This document shows positions 24,367 through 37,100 of a DNA stretch of 64,000 nucleotides, one piece after another. The DNA is taken from assembly GCF_964355755.1 (NCBI RefSeq), contig NC_092680.1, forward strand, positions 8,928,001 to 8,992,000, written 5' to 3'. The stretch comes from Antedon mediterranea. Its lineage: Eukaryota; Animalia; Echinodermata. The first letter of the stretch is position 1. Each line of letters begins with the position of its first letter. The notes under the pieces were generated by a model. It worked only from the letters and a program-made list of their open reading frames with translations, did no database searches and had not been told where the DNA came from. The position numbers and the translations under genes were made by a program.

Positions 24367-26828
24367 GGCGCTAATGCAGTTTCGTACCCACCCATTAAAA
24401 TTACTCAAAATGGTTTCAATACTTCATCTAACCTACTCACGAGTTGTCTACAACATTCAGCAAGCATAAAATGGTAAAATATCGATAATTTCTTATTTAT
24501 AACTATTTTTAATCAATTATTAATTAATAATTGAGCACCCTTCAGAAATCCATCGCCAGCTTAGCTTCGTGAAAATCATCGCTAGGCCTGCCGATGAAAG
24601 TACGGAGGCCTCATAGGGCATCGATCTATAGAGGACGCTGTTATGGTCATATTATGGCGATAATAAAATATTTTTTACATGTTCCTCGTGAAACGGATTT
24701 TAAGTTTTTTTTCATAAAGAAATATTTTGTGTTTAATTATGTTGTTAATTTTTAGAAATTCTATTTATTTTGAATTTTGTGTGTTATTGTCTTGTCAAAT
24801 TATATTTTTTGTAAGGGTCCCTAATGTTCAGCTTCGGCTGGATGGACCACCCTCATAAAATATTGTTGAAATAAATTAATGAATAGTTGCTTCATTAATA
24901 TTATTTAATGTTTTAGTTGATTTTATTTTAATAAACACAACAGGAAAGAAGATAAAAAAGAAGAAATGAAAGACATAAAATGATGTATTCAGTGTCAGCA
25001 GAAGTAAAATAAATTCTAGTAATTGATGGAAAACATTTTTATTATAATTATTGTATTACTGTACATTACATTTCAATAAATTATATCTTTCTGTTTTTGT
25101 TGCATTTCCTATTTCCATGTATTTGAAGAGGTCTTTCATATGTGAATAAAAAAAGTTAATTAAACAATAATATACTTCTATAAAATCTTAAAACAGGGAA
25201 ACCATTAGCGTTTCTAGTACAGCTAGTGATAACATTACTAAAACAATTAATTTGTCATAGCTTGATTATTGTGTTATATTACATAGCGAACGCGAACGTG
25301 ATTGGTTGAAACTGCATCACATGACTACCGCTGCAAGGATCGTAAATCGTATATATCCTCGAGAACGATGATATTGACTGTGTAATTTTCGCGTAATTAT
25401 CGTGTCCCCTGTCATTAATCATATAAATTCTCGAGTACGATGATATTGACTGTGTAATTTTCGTGTGCAACACTCGCGTTTGCCGATAAATAAACAAAAG
25501 TCATCTACCGGATCTTAAACTTGCGATGCGATTGTCACTCAATCACAAGACAACGCTTCAACCGCTGCGCCACGGAGCTTGCTTGAAGAAATTAATCTTC
25601 TAAACTATTTAAGCTATGCATACATAGCGCCCTCATTTGTTATTATTCCACCCTAAATGTGGTGAAACACCGTTTGTGATTAGTCAATACTCACGGTAGT
25701 AACCTAGTAACTAGTACGCGCTGAACATCCGGTGATTCGGCTCCTCGAAGAGCTGAGAAGAAGACGAATTGTTTATTCGACCTACCTGATTATAATATTA
25801 TTATTAATAGGCTTATTGATGGAAATTCTTCTGTTAATTTAAACGACCTAGGCCTAAGTGAATATTTTATTGCCAAGGAATCATTAATTAGTAATTATCT
25901 GTATATTATTCTTCGCAAGGTAAGGTGTCTAGGCAGGCTTGTTTATATACAATGCAAATACTATAGGAGGCCTAACCTGGCCTAGCCTAGCTTCACCCAA
26001 CCCAGCAGACTTGTTCTTGGCTATATAATATAACAGATATTGCCTTTTATATCGGTTAAATATAAGATTTGACATCCCCTCGGGAATGATATTAAGTTCT
26101 CGGGGAATATATATTTCCCTCAGCTGGCGCTTCGGGAAATATATATTCCCTCGAACTTAATATCATTTCCTCGGGGATGTCAAATCTTATATTTAACCTC
26201 TAAGCAGTCAATATCTGTATAATAACATTAACAATGTAACTCAGGAATGAAGTACTGTAATTCTTTTTATTCATTTCATTTATTTATTTGACCTACAAAC
26301 CATAATGTAAAATAAACTAAAACAGAGGAAAATTGGTCAGTAGTACTTATATCTTCAAGCAGCAGTTCCATATTTATCTTCTTTTCTGTGTGAAATTCTA
26401 CTAGTAAAATGAAAGAACAAATTAAAAACATAACATATGATGATACCCACAATGATGAATACAGCAATTGTATAGTATTTCTTTATTAAAAATACGAAAC
26501 GCATGTCGGAAATAATGAAAATTATATTTGGTGCGTGCTTTAAACATTAGTAACTACGCCCTCTATAGAAAGCAACTGTTTACTCTATTAATAGAGTTAA
26601 TGCCCTATGAGGCCTCCGTACTTTTATCGGCAGGCCTAGCGATGATTTTCACGAAGCTAAGCTGGCGATGTACGATGCTCAGTATTAATTGATTAAAAAT
26701 AGTTTTAAATAAAAAATTATCGATTTTTTACAATTTTATGATTGCAGGATGTTGTAGACAACTCGTGAGTAGGTTGGATGAAGATTTTGAGTAATTTTAA
26801 GGGGTGGGTACGAAACTGCATTAGCGCC
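24367..26828. mobile_element. Mutator-like non-autonomous element (middle layer)
   Basis: ~250-bp TIRs starting GGCGCTAATGCAGTTTCGTACCCACCC; exact 9-bp TSD TAGTAAGTA (24358-24366, 26829-26837). Confidence 0.88.
25278..26223. mobile_element. Crypton-like non-autonomous element, copy 1 (inner layer)
   Basis: Homologous to 39758-40653; ends ATTACATAG / CTGTATAAT; ~190-bp terminal palindrome 26033-26219; internal tRNA-like segment; no TSD beyond 2-3-bp AT homology. Superfamily is inferred. Confidence 0.7.
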
Positions 26829-28157
26829 TAGTAAGTATGGGTACTGGCAAGATAAAGTGTTATAAAAATAAGGTTTTTAACTAATTTTTAATGTTAATGT
26901 AAAGCTATAAAATGTACATACGGTAGGCCTAGAAAGAAACTATTGTTATTCAAGCATTAATTAGACGGGTATTTGAGTATTTGAAAGGAAAAAGTTAAGT
27001 TAAGTTTAGTTTGAAAGAAAAAGCAGTTCCAACTTCTTTGAATGTTAATGAAAAAAGTAAAATTGTTGCTAATAAATATTCAACTAGTTCCATTTAAATT
27101 CTTTTTTCTTTTAATTCTTTTGGTCACCAAGAATTTGTTATAACACTGAACAGTATAGAATCGTAGATATGGGCGCGCCATACTAACAGCCCCTTTGCAC
27201 AGGAAGTCGAATTGAATAGCGGCCGGAGTGATCGGCTTCCGTTTGAGTTAGGCTTAGCCTAGGCCCTATCATCCTGAGTTCTGCTTTTAGTACTCGATTT
27301 CTTTCTTCGCTTTGAACAGCATTCTAGCCTAGGTAGTACTTAGTAGGCGGCTGACTAGACTGGGCGGCCGCTACCCCCTGGGCCTGTTCCTTCAGAGAGA
27401 TTATTTAACCTATTTCCTACAGTACAGACAGGTAGGCTTTTAGTTTTAGGCTGTTATTTTTTATTGATAGATCGGGCTTATTCCAACAAGACTATCGGGT
27501 ACCAACACGTGTGGACGTTCAAACCCAACTGTATGGACGCTCGGGTCCAACTGTCTGGACATTCGGCCCAACATAATTAGACGATTTGGACCATTCTAAA
27601 AATAGGACACGATCAGGGCCACGAAAATGAATTGGATTAATAATTGTTCACCATAAAATAAATTAAAGGTATTCTTTCCACGAGTTTGTGATACAAAAAT
27701 GTAATAAAAGAAATATAAAATATTTTAATAGTTTTATCAATATTAAAATAATTAATCCTTTTCTGTGCGTATTTTCTAATGTACGTGTATGTGGTATTGG
27801 ATGTGCGGATAAAACTAACTTCAAGTTCAAATCTAGTTATTCTTATACTAAACCATTCATAAAAGGCCTGTTTCTGCTAGATGGTATATTTTTGGTAGTA
27901 AAAAGAATAAGAATTAAAATAAAAGCAAATTTTTTAGCCTCGCGAACAATGTAAACAAATTACGCCCTCTGGTAATAATGGGTCGGTTCTTTGCACGACA
28001 ATGCTTATTTATTAACAGACGCTTATGGAAATTTAAAAGTTATTTGTCCACAGCACAGTTTTTGAAATGTTTTGATTAGTTTTATTTAAATTAATTCTGT
28101 AGAAAGAAATAAATTTGCCATTTTTCATTTCAAATATTTCAGAAAGCTTTGTTAACC

Positions 28158-31100
28158 ATGGCAATGGAAGATAGCATTGGTTCAATTGATTTCCTGTCGG
28201 CAGTTTTGGTTGATTCAGATGACGCCATTTTAAGACTGGACAGAGAGCTGGCTCTAACTGAAGACAAGTAGGTAGATTAGTATACACATGTTTTATTCGC
28301 CAGATTACTATTGAATACTAGGCCAAGTAAAACATAAGAACCCAATGTTTGAGTCGCGAAAAAAAATTGATGGGTCACCAAATTGTTTGCGATACTGAAA
28401 CTTGTTATCAATTATACACTGATCTATATGTGAAATGTTCTCAGTTTTGTAGAATCTACAACACTGATTAAATTTTACATCTACAGTTTTTTGCTATGTT
28501 GAGGCGAGAGTAGCGTACACACAAGTGGGAATTGACTACGGGGCAATGGACACTTTTGACACATAGTTCTGTTAATATACAAGTTGGGAGTTCTGTTAAT
28601 ATACAAGTTAGGAATTAAGTTCTGTTAATATACAAGTGGGGAATCCCCTTTTAGGACGTGGATTTAATAACCTACCTGCAAATGAGTATGCAACTTGACT
28701 GAAAAACAGTTTGATGGGGTATTGCTAAACCCTGCAAACCTCCAAAAAACATAGCAAACCCCACCGAACCAACATAAAAGTGATTAAATCATGTAGTGTA
28801 CGACCCACTGGGTATATCCATGTAAATATTAAATTTCTACTGTTAACTACTTAGTTTTGGGGTAAAACATCATTTTTTGGTCAAAAATGATTGCTAATTT
28901 TTAACCCAAAAATGATGTTTTATCCCCAAAATAAGGAGTTAACAGTAGAAATTTAATATTTTATATACCCAGTGGGTCGTACACTACATGATTCAATCAC
29001 TTTTATGTTGGTTCGGTGGGGTTTGCTATGTTTTTTTGGATGTTTGCGGAGTTTAGCAATCATTTTTGACCAAAAAATGCTGTTTTACCCCAAAAATAAG
29101 TAGTTAACAGTAGAAATTTAATTTTTTTTTTACATGGATATACCCAGTGAGTTGTACACTACATGATTCAGTCACTTTTATGTTGGTTCGGTAGGGTTTG
29201 CTATGTTTTTTTGGAGGTTTGCGGAGTTTAGCAATCATTTTTGACCAAAAAATGCTGTTTTACCCCAAAAATAAGTAGTTAACAGTAGAAATTTAATTTT
29301 TTTTTTACATGGATATACCCAGTGAGTTGTACACTACATGATTCAGTCACTTTTATGTTGGTTCGGTAGGGTTTGCTATGTTTTTTTGGAGGTTTGCGGA
29401 GTTTAGCAATCATTTTTGACCAAAAAATGCTGTTTTACCCCAAAAATAAGTAGTTAACAGTAGAAATTTAATTTTTTTTTTACATGGATATACCCAGTGA
29501 GTTGTACACTACATGATTCAGTCACTTTTATGTTGGTTCGGTAGGGTTTGCTATGTTTTTTTGGAGGTTTGCGGAGTTTAGCAATCATTTTTGACCAAAA
29601 AATGCTGTTTTACCCCAAAAATAAGTAGTTAACAGTAGAAATTTAATTTTTTTTTTTACATGGATATACCCAGTGAGTTGTACACTACATGATTCAGTCA
29701 CTTTTATGTTGGTTCGGTAGGGTTTGCTATGTTTTTTTGGAGGTTTGCGGGGTTTAACAATACCCGTTTGATGTACCAGTGGTGGACACTTTTACAATAA
29801 ACATTAAATAATAAAATAATAGAAAGAACAATATAAACATGTCCATCTCAAATTACACTCATAGCGATGTTGTTCAGGCCCTAGTCAGGAGAACATTTTT
29901 GGGAGAACCCCTTTGATGTTTGCATTGAATGCAAATGTGTTTACCGGCCGTCAAAAAAGGTTGCGGAACGCTGCTCTAGTCCATTCTTTTGCTAAAAATA
30001 CCCTTTTCTGTGTATCTATTGTCACACTTTACCATCACTAATTGATATTTTTCACAGATTGGAAAATGGATTAGAAGAGTTGATAGACTCCATAAACAGC
30101 CTGTCAGTGGATAATGATTACAGTAATGTGAAGGATGCTGTCGATAGTTTAATCAACACAAATAGCTTTGAAGATTGCACTTGTGTACAACCAGAACCAC
30201 ATGATGTGCTTGCATTCCTACACAAATTGGTACAATAACCTGTTTATTTTTATTTACTTAAAAGATGCATTGTCCTACATGAAAAATAGAGATGAAAAAA
30301 ATCAAACACCATGTAATTTTGTAATTGTAATAAATTTATTTACTTTTGCCAAAAAAAATCTTGTAAATATTTGTTTAATCTAAATTTTTGTCTGTGACAT
30401 TAACATGGCCTATTCAAACAATGACTCAAGGATCCAAATAAAAATAAACATTTGTCTATTTATTATTAATCTGTCTTAGTCTTACCATGACATTCCATAT
30501 TATTTGTTTTTTTAATGGCATGTAGATCTTTCTTTTTTATTACTGTTCCATTATATTTCGATCTTCCAATTGGCCCTTTCATTTTCTTCTATAGCATTTT
30601 ATTTATTTAAAATGTGCTATTTTAACTGTATCAGTTATATATCATTATACAGGTAGTTTATTTTAACTGTATCAGTTATATATCATTATACAGGTAGTTT
30701 ATTTTAACTGTATCAGTTATATATCATTATACAGGTAGTTTATTTTAACTGTATCAGTTATATATCATTATACAGGTAGTTTATTTTAACTGTATCAGTT
30801 ATATATCATTATACAGGTAGTTTATTTTAACTGTATCAGTTATATATCATTATACAGGTAGTTTATTTTAACTGTATCAGTTATATATCATTATACAGGT
30901 AGTTTATTTTAACTGTATCAGTTATATATCATTATACAGGTAGTTTATTTTAACTGTATCAGTTATATATCATTATACAGGTAGTTTATTTTAACTGTAT
31001 CAGTTATATATCATTATACAGGTAGTTTATTTTCTTTTTTTATAAGCTGTTAAATTGATTCATTAAGTTTTATTTTTCACTTTCAGTCCTCAACTATTCA

Positions 31101-34100
31101 AAGAAATTCAAGCGATGAAAACTCTGAGTGTTTTCTAGATCTTCTTCACTTAAGTTGTAAGCATGGTTTTGTTCTGCCTTACCAAGCACCTGCAGTCAAC
31201 CAACTAACCTGCTCAACTCTCTCTATTAACACAGTTTCCAGCAGTTCAGAACTGGAGATTGAACAACTTTGGCACAAAATCCGTCTTCAGCTCAAGAAGG
31301 AAATTCTTACAAAGCTTTCAGGTCATCAGTCATCTAATCCAGATATCAGACTTCTTCTACTACAAAGTCTTGTCTTCTTATATCCAGTCGATGAAGCGTG
31401 GAACATTTACAAGTCACATCGCAGCCTGGAAATTAACAAAGTTATTTCAGAAGGACTGCAGCTTGACGACAAAACACCTGAACATATTTTTAAGAGCATT
31501 AAAGACTGCTTCTCTCATGTTTGTCACACTTTAAAGGATATGATGAGTACTGATTTTAAAATCATGGCATCTAGAGTGTTCCAGGATTTGAATATTTACA
31601 CTAGTCTTAAGCCTTTATATTCATCAAAGATATCACAGTATCTTGTTGTACATCTAAGTCCACCATCTAGGTCTATAGACTTGCAGGATAAGAGTGCCAG
31701 TGGTAATACTGCAGGTAAGAAAGTTTTTATACTTTATTTGGGTAGCCAGATTTTAAAAATATATCTCTCACTTCACAAAATATAATTCTATTCTTTATAA
31801 TGTACAGCATTTGTCGCTAATGTAAAGTTGGCTCTGTAAACATATATTACTGTCTAGTCAATAACTGAGACTAGTTAACAATAACAGTATGATATACTTC
31901 ATCAAATGATATACTTTATATATTACTCACATGTATTTATCTACAACCCCTAACCTTTGACCTTTAGTCATTTCAATCATTACTACATCTGTGTGCCCAA
32001 TGGTATCAGCCGTCTTTTTACAATAGAAACACACTTTTGTGTAAGAAATAGTAAAAACGAATTCCATATAACAAGTATAATAATTGCAATTGTTTGGTTT
32101 CTTTTATCTAGATAAAAAGGATGAAATTGATATCCCAGCTTTATCAGTATTAGCCGCAGAGTTACAAGAGTTTGAGATTGCTATGGAAGATGTCCTACAC
32201 CAACTGAACTGGACAAGCGAGGTTAGAAGAAAAAGAAGTACAAAAAACCAACCAAAGGGTATTTAATCATATTGTTGAACATTTTCACCTGGTGGTGTCT
32301 GGTTGAAAATTATTTTCCATACTACAGTACACGGAAAATCTAAGTTTTAAAAAAATTCTAAAACCATCTCAACAGTTTTTACAGTCAATATTTATTTATT
32401 ATGGTTATTTAAAATTTACCTTGTGGACAAAATTCCTGAAGTTCAAACTTATCAGTTAGAAATAATTATAATTATCTAGGTGTTCTGAAACCAAGCAGAG
32501 AAGCTCGACTGAGTAGACTTGGCCTAAGCTGCAGTGGCGTCTTGCCTGGCGCCATACCAGCTCCTTTTGGTGCAACGTCGGCTATGGTTGCTGAATTGAC
32601 ATCTAACTTGTCTCACGATCATAAGAAAGTTCAAAAGGTTTGTGCAGGTTTTGAAAAATGATGGAAATTCAATTCAGTGTTTTGGAAAACTTGCAATACT
32701 TTTAAAGGTTGATTTATTTTAACCTATACCGTTCTCACTCCTGAGGACGATCAAAGCATATTGATTGAAACGTCGAGAAACTCAACAGTTCTTTTCAGAA
32801 CTAACATATGGTGTACCACAAACTTATATCAACCTCTACCTGGTTAATTGTGCTTTTTTTAACTATTAAGCTCTGTTTACACTATCAAACTTTCATGTGA
32901 CAAAAAAATGTTATGTGCCCATATATGGACATAATGATGTCATATCACTACCATATTTGGGCACATCACATTCTTTTTGTCAAACTAGTTTGATAGTGTA
33001 GACAGTGCTTTATACACCCTTGGATTGAAGTGTTAAACTTTACAAGCCTGATTGTTATTTAAGGTTGATCATTGGTGGAAGGAAATTCTGTGTGGACTAG
33101 AAGAACAACTTGCCAGCATGATTCCTCTGCTAGTTCAACAGTCCATACCAAATCATGAGATGGTTCTTAAAACTCCAGTTACTGGCACACTTGTTTGTGG
33201 TGAGAATATTTTAGATATCATAGATCAGCTTCCCGCAACCTTTTTTGACCGCAACCCCATGAACCTATGTTGGGAATTCTCGTGACAGAACATTGCCTAT
33301 TTGAGGCACAGGCCCCCATGGTGGGGCTTTTTGTTAAATGACACCCCTAGATGGCCGGAAATGGTACTCTCGCACGTAAAAATCATGATAAATGGCACCT
33401 CTAGTTGGCTGGAAATTACACTCTAATATTAATAGCGCACTAGCAATTGGCAAAACGATCTGGGGATACTTTTTCCGCTGGTAAACACATTTTTGTTTAA
33501 TGCTAATGTCAAGAGGTTTCTCCAAACCATAAAGATATCCCCTGGCTAGGACCTGAACAACATCTCTATGAGTGTAATTTGGGATGTAATGGACCTGTTT
33601 CTATTTTATTGTATTCTAATGTTCATTGTAAAAGTTCCCACCACCGATCAAAGTTCGCAGTTTTCAGTCTAGCTGCACACTCATTTGCAAACTAAAGAAA
33701 AATAGTGTGGTAGAACCAGTTGGTAGGTTATTAAATCCACATTCTAAAAGGGGATTCCCCACTTGTATATTAACAACGAACTATGCGTCAATAGCATTCC
33801 CCCGTCGTCATTGTGTGTGATATTGGTACTTGCCGCGCATCAACATATGGAAAACTGTAGATGTAAAATGTAATCAGGGCAGTGTAGACTGAGAGCATTT
33901 CACATATAGATCAGTGTATAATTGATAAAAAGTTCCAGTATCGGAAAAATTTTTCCGGCCCATCAATTTTTTTTCATATGTTGCGGAATGGCGTTATAGA
34001 TTAATTTTCACACAACATTTGTAATGAAAGCAATAATAATATATACAGAGCCTCTGTTTCTGGATGGTAGTCGAAAGATGAACACTAAATCGCTCAAATA

Positions 34101-37100
34101 CAGTTCCGATATTAATGAACGTAACAGTGTTACTGGACTTGAATGCATAGAGTAATCACTACCGCCTATTGAAAACAAAAGTTCACCAAAGACCATATTG
34201 GAAAGAAGCCCATCCAATATTTTTACAAGCCCACTAAATTTCTAGTCAAGCTTTACTAGTTAACGCTAATTAACTTTTCAACTTATATCGTTGAAATGAT
34301 TGAGATTCACTTTATTTAGTCTTCAATAGAATTATTTTAATTTAGTTTAGCTATGAACACTTGGACAGTTAAATGAACAATTTTTTTTTTCAGATCAACT
34401 ATATGGATGGTTATCCTTTCCAAGATATATTGCTAAGGTATGACAGATTCCTTTTTTTAAAAATAAACATTAATACACTACCGCAAATGCTAACACCAAC
34501 GCCATGAGCGCCACATGGGTATAGGATACCGGCGCTATATAAGTTTTCATTTATTATTATTATTATTAAAACACTTTTGAAAAATAAATTTAATATAGAA
34601 ATACTGATATTTAAACATATTATGACTATGTATATCAAAGAAAATATTCGTAAAATTTAATAAGCATCTAGGTACATTTTTATTGTTTATTTAATACAAT
34701 ATATATAGTATATAATTATATATGTAAATTGTAAAGTTTATCTAAATTATAGGGAATATTAACTGTTTAAATTATTTTTGCTATTTTGTGTCGTCAACAT
34801 TTCTAAAAGTTTCACTTTAGTATTAGAATAACATCTTAATTATTTGCTAACAAGCTAATTGTTTTAGAAGACATGCCTTATGACACGTGGCTTACACATC
34901 TTCACCATCATGCAGGGATTTTACATTGATCCACATGAAAACTATTATATAACATGAAGTAAGGTAGTTCATATACTAGGTGTAATTAATTGTATCATCT
35001 CATAAGATCTTTTCTACTGTGCATTTAAACAATATCAAACAATTAACCCTTATTCTCTATATTTACATATTAAGTTTACCCATTCAGTAATTTTAGATTA
35101 ATAAAAACGCCATATAAAAAAAGGCCATATACACGGCTGCAGTCACGTGTGCAAGTTTGAGTTGGTGTTTACTGACCAACCGATCATCATAGTGAGCTAT
35201 AGAGTCACGTTGCATGCGACTAAAAATAATTTATTTTTTTTAACTGACTGATTTAAAGCATAAATCGTTGTATTCTTTGTACTAAAACATTTGATTCTTT
35301 TATTTTATTACTTGCCTTAATATATTTATAATGTAAGCTACCAAGTTTATTATGATCTTTGGTTTTATCAAATACTAAAAATTAATAATAATTAAAATAA
35401 AATTAAATGTCCAATAAAGTATATTGATTCACATTTCAAACAACTATTTAAAATCTAGTAATAAAATCTATGTATTAAATATTTGGGGGAAAAAAGTCCT
35501 GGCTTAAAACTTAATATGCAGGTTCAACTTTATATATTCGATCACCAAATCTGTCATCAGCAATTTGAAATTGCTTTTGTAGTTTTTCTCACACAATTGA
35601 TCATTGAGTATTATATTTTTTTCTTTTGCATCATCAACGACGTGTTACATTAGTTTTTAGTTCTTTTGGGCCACTGCTGGATCTGCCTCTCTTTTCTCCT
35701 TTTCTGATAATTTTTTCTTTGCTAGATTTTTTACATTTCTATTTATTTTTTCAAAAATTATTTTGCCCATTTCTGTCAAAAACGAGACACGACCTGGTCC
35801 AGTGCTACTACCACGACCACATAGGATAAAGAATCCTCCTTCAAGTACGCCAAATGAGCGGATGTTTCTAAAATGCCAGTATTGGCATGGTATATCAGTA
35901 AGAGTATATAATTTCAGGTATTCATTGTGAAGAATTAGTTTGTACTCCCCATCTGTACATCCTAACCGTGCAGCAATTTCATTTTCTGTGGTCATGACAA
36001 CATAATACGTGTCCTTAAGTCGTAACAGTGTTCTGTGTATGTTTTCTGCAGCATCAGAATCAAAGATAATTGTACCTGGACCATTAGGAGCATTCTCAAG
36101 ACAAGTAAATGTAATAGTATTATTTTCTGAAAAACAATGACTTTCGATGTATTCGTACTCCCATTCTTCATCCGCGTTGCTGAATACCAGTTGCTCCTCA
36201 TAAAGCGTCAGCGTACACTCTCCACTGACGCAGCTTTGTTTGAATGTATTTTTACGAATGATCACATTGAAATGTAAATTTGTATGCTGGCTTGCTTTAC
36301 TCTTTACAATCTGTGCTGGTTTTTCTTTCGTTTTTTCAGCCTGATGCTCCTTTGTGGGAACCATCGCAACGTAAACGCTACCTTTTTCTTCCTTTAATGA
36401 TGATTGTAAAGGAACAACATTTTCATATTCATCATCTTTTATCCTTTTCATTTGTTTGAAGCTTGGTCGAGGTTTGATTGATTTGGTATTCATAGAAATG
36501 TTGAGTTCCTTTTGATTGGCCTCAACTGAATCTTTCCATACCGTTGATGTCTTTCTTGATTCTAGATCTTCATTCTGCGATTTTAATTCACAAATCTGTG
36601 TCGCCAACGTATTGTTTTGCTTTGTCAAGTCTTCATTTTGAGTTTTTAGATCTCTCCGTAAGCTTTCTAGAATGTTTTTTTGGTCTTCTAAATCTCTATT
36701 CTGAGTTTCCAGGTCTTTCATCTGACTTTCCAAAACTTTGTTTTGATTCTCCAGGTCTTTGCACTGGCTTTCCACATCTTTGTTTTGACTTTCCAATTGT
36801 TGATACTTGCTCTCCAGATTGTTATAATTTTCTGTTAGTTTTGGTTTCTCGTTATTAGGAATATACTGAGATACTTTCATATCTGTTGTGAAACCCCAAC
36901 TTTTACAAATATCAACATGCTGATCTCCAAACTTTTTTTTCGTTATATGGGAAAAAATAAATTCGCTATAATTGGTTGTAAGAACCATCTGTTGTTGATC
37001 AGCACCGACGCCATAATGGATAACCAATTCTGCCTCTTGACTGTAAATTGAGCTGATGTTTTTATAGGGTAGTTTGAGTAATCTTCGGCCTGATACATGG

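Larger units (their letters stand above)
24169..27240. mobile_element. non-autonomous TIR element (outer layer of nest)
   Basis: Ends GAATACTTCATTCCGGCCGC / GCGGCCGGAGTGATCGGCTTCC; exact 8-bp TSD GTTTGAGT (24161-24168, 27241-27248). Confidence 0.8.
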
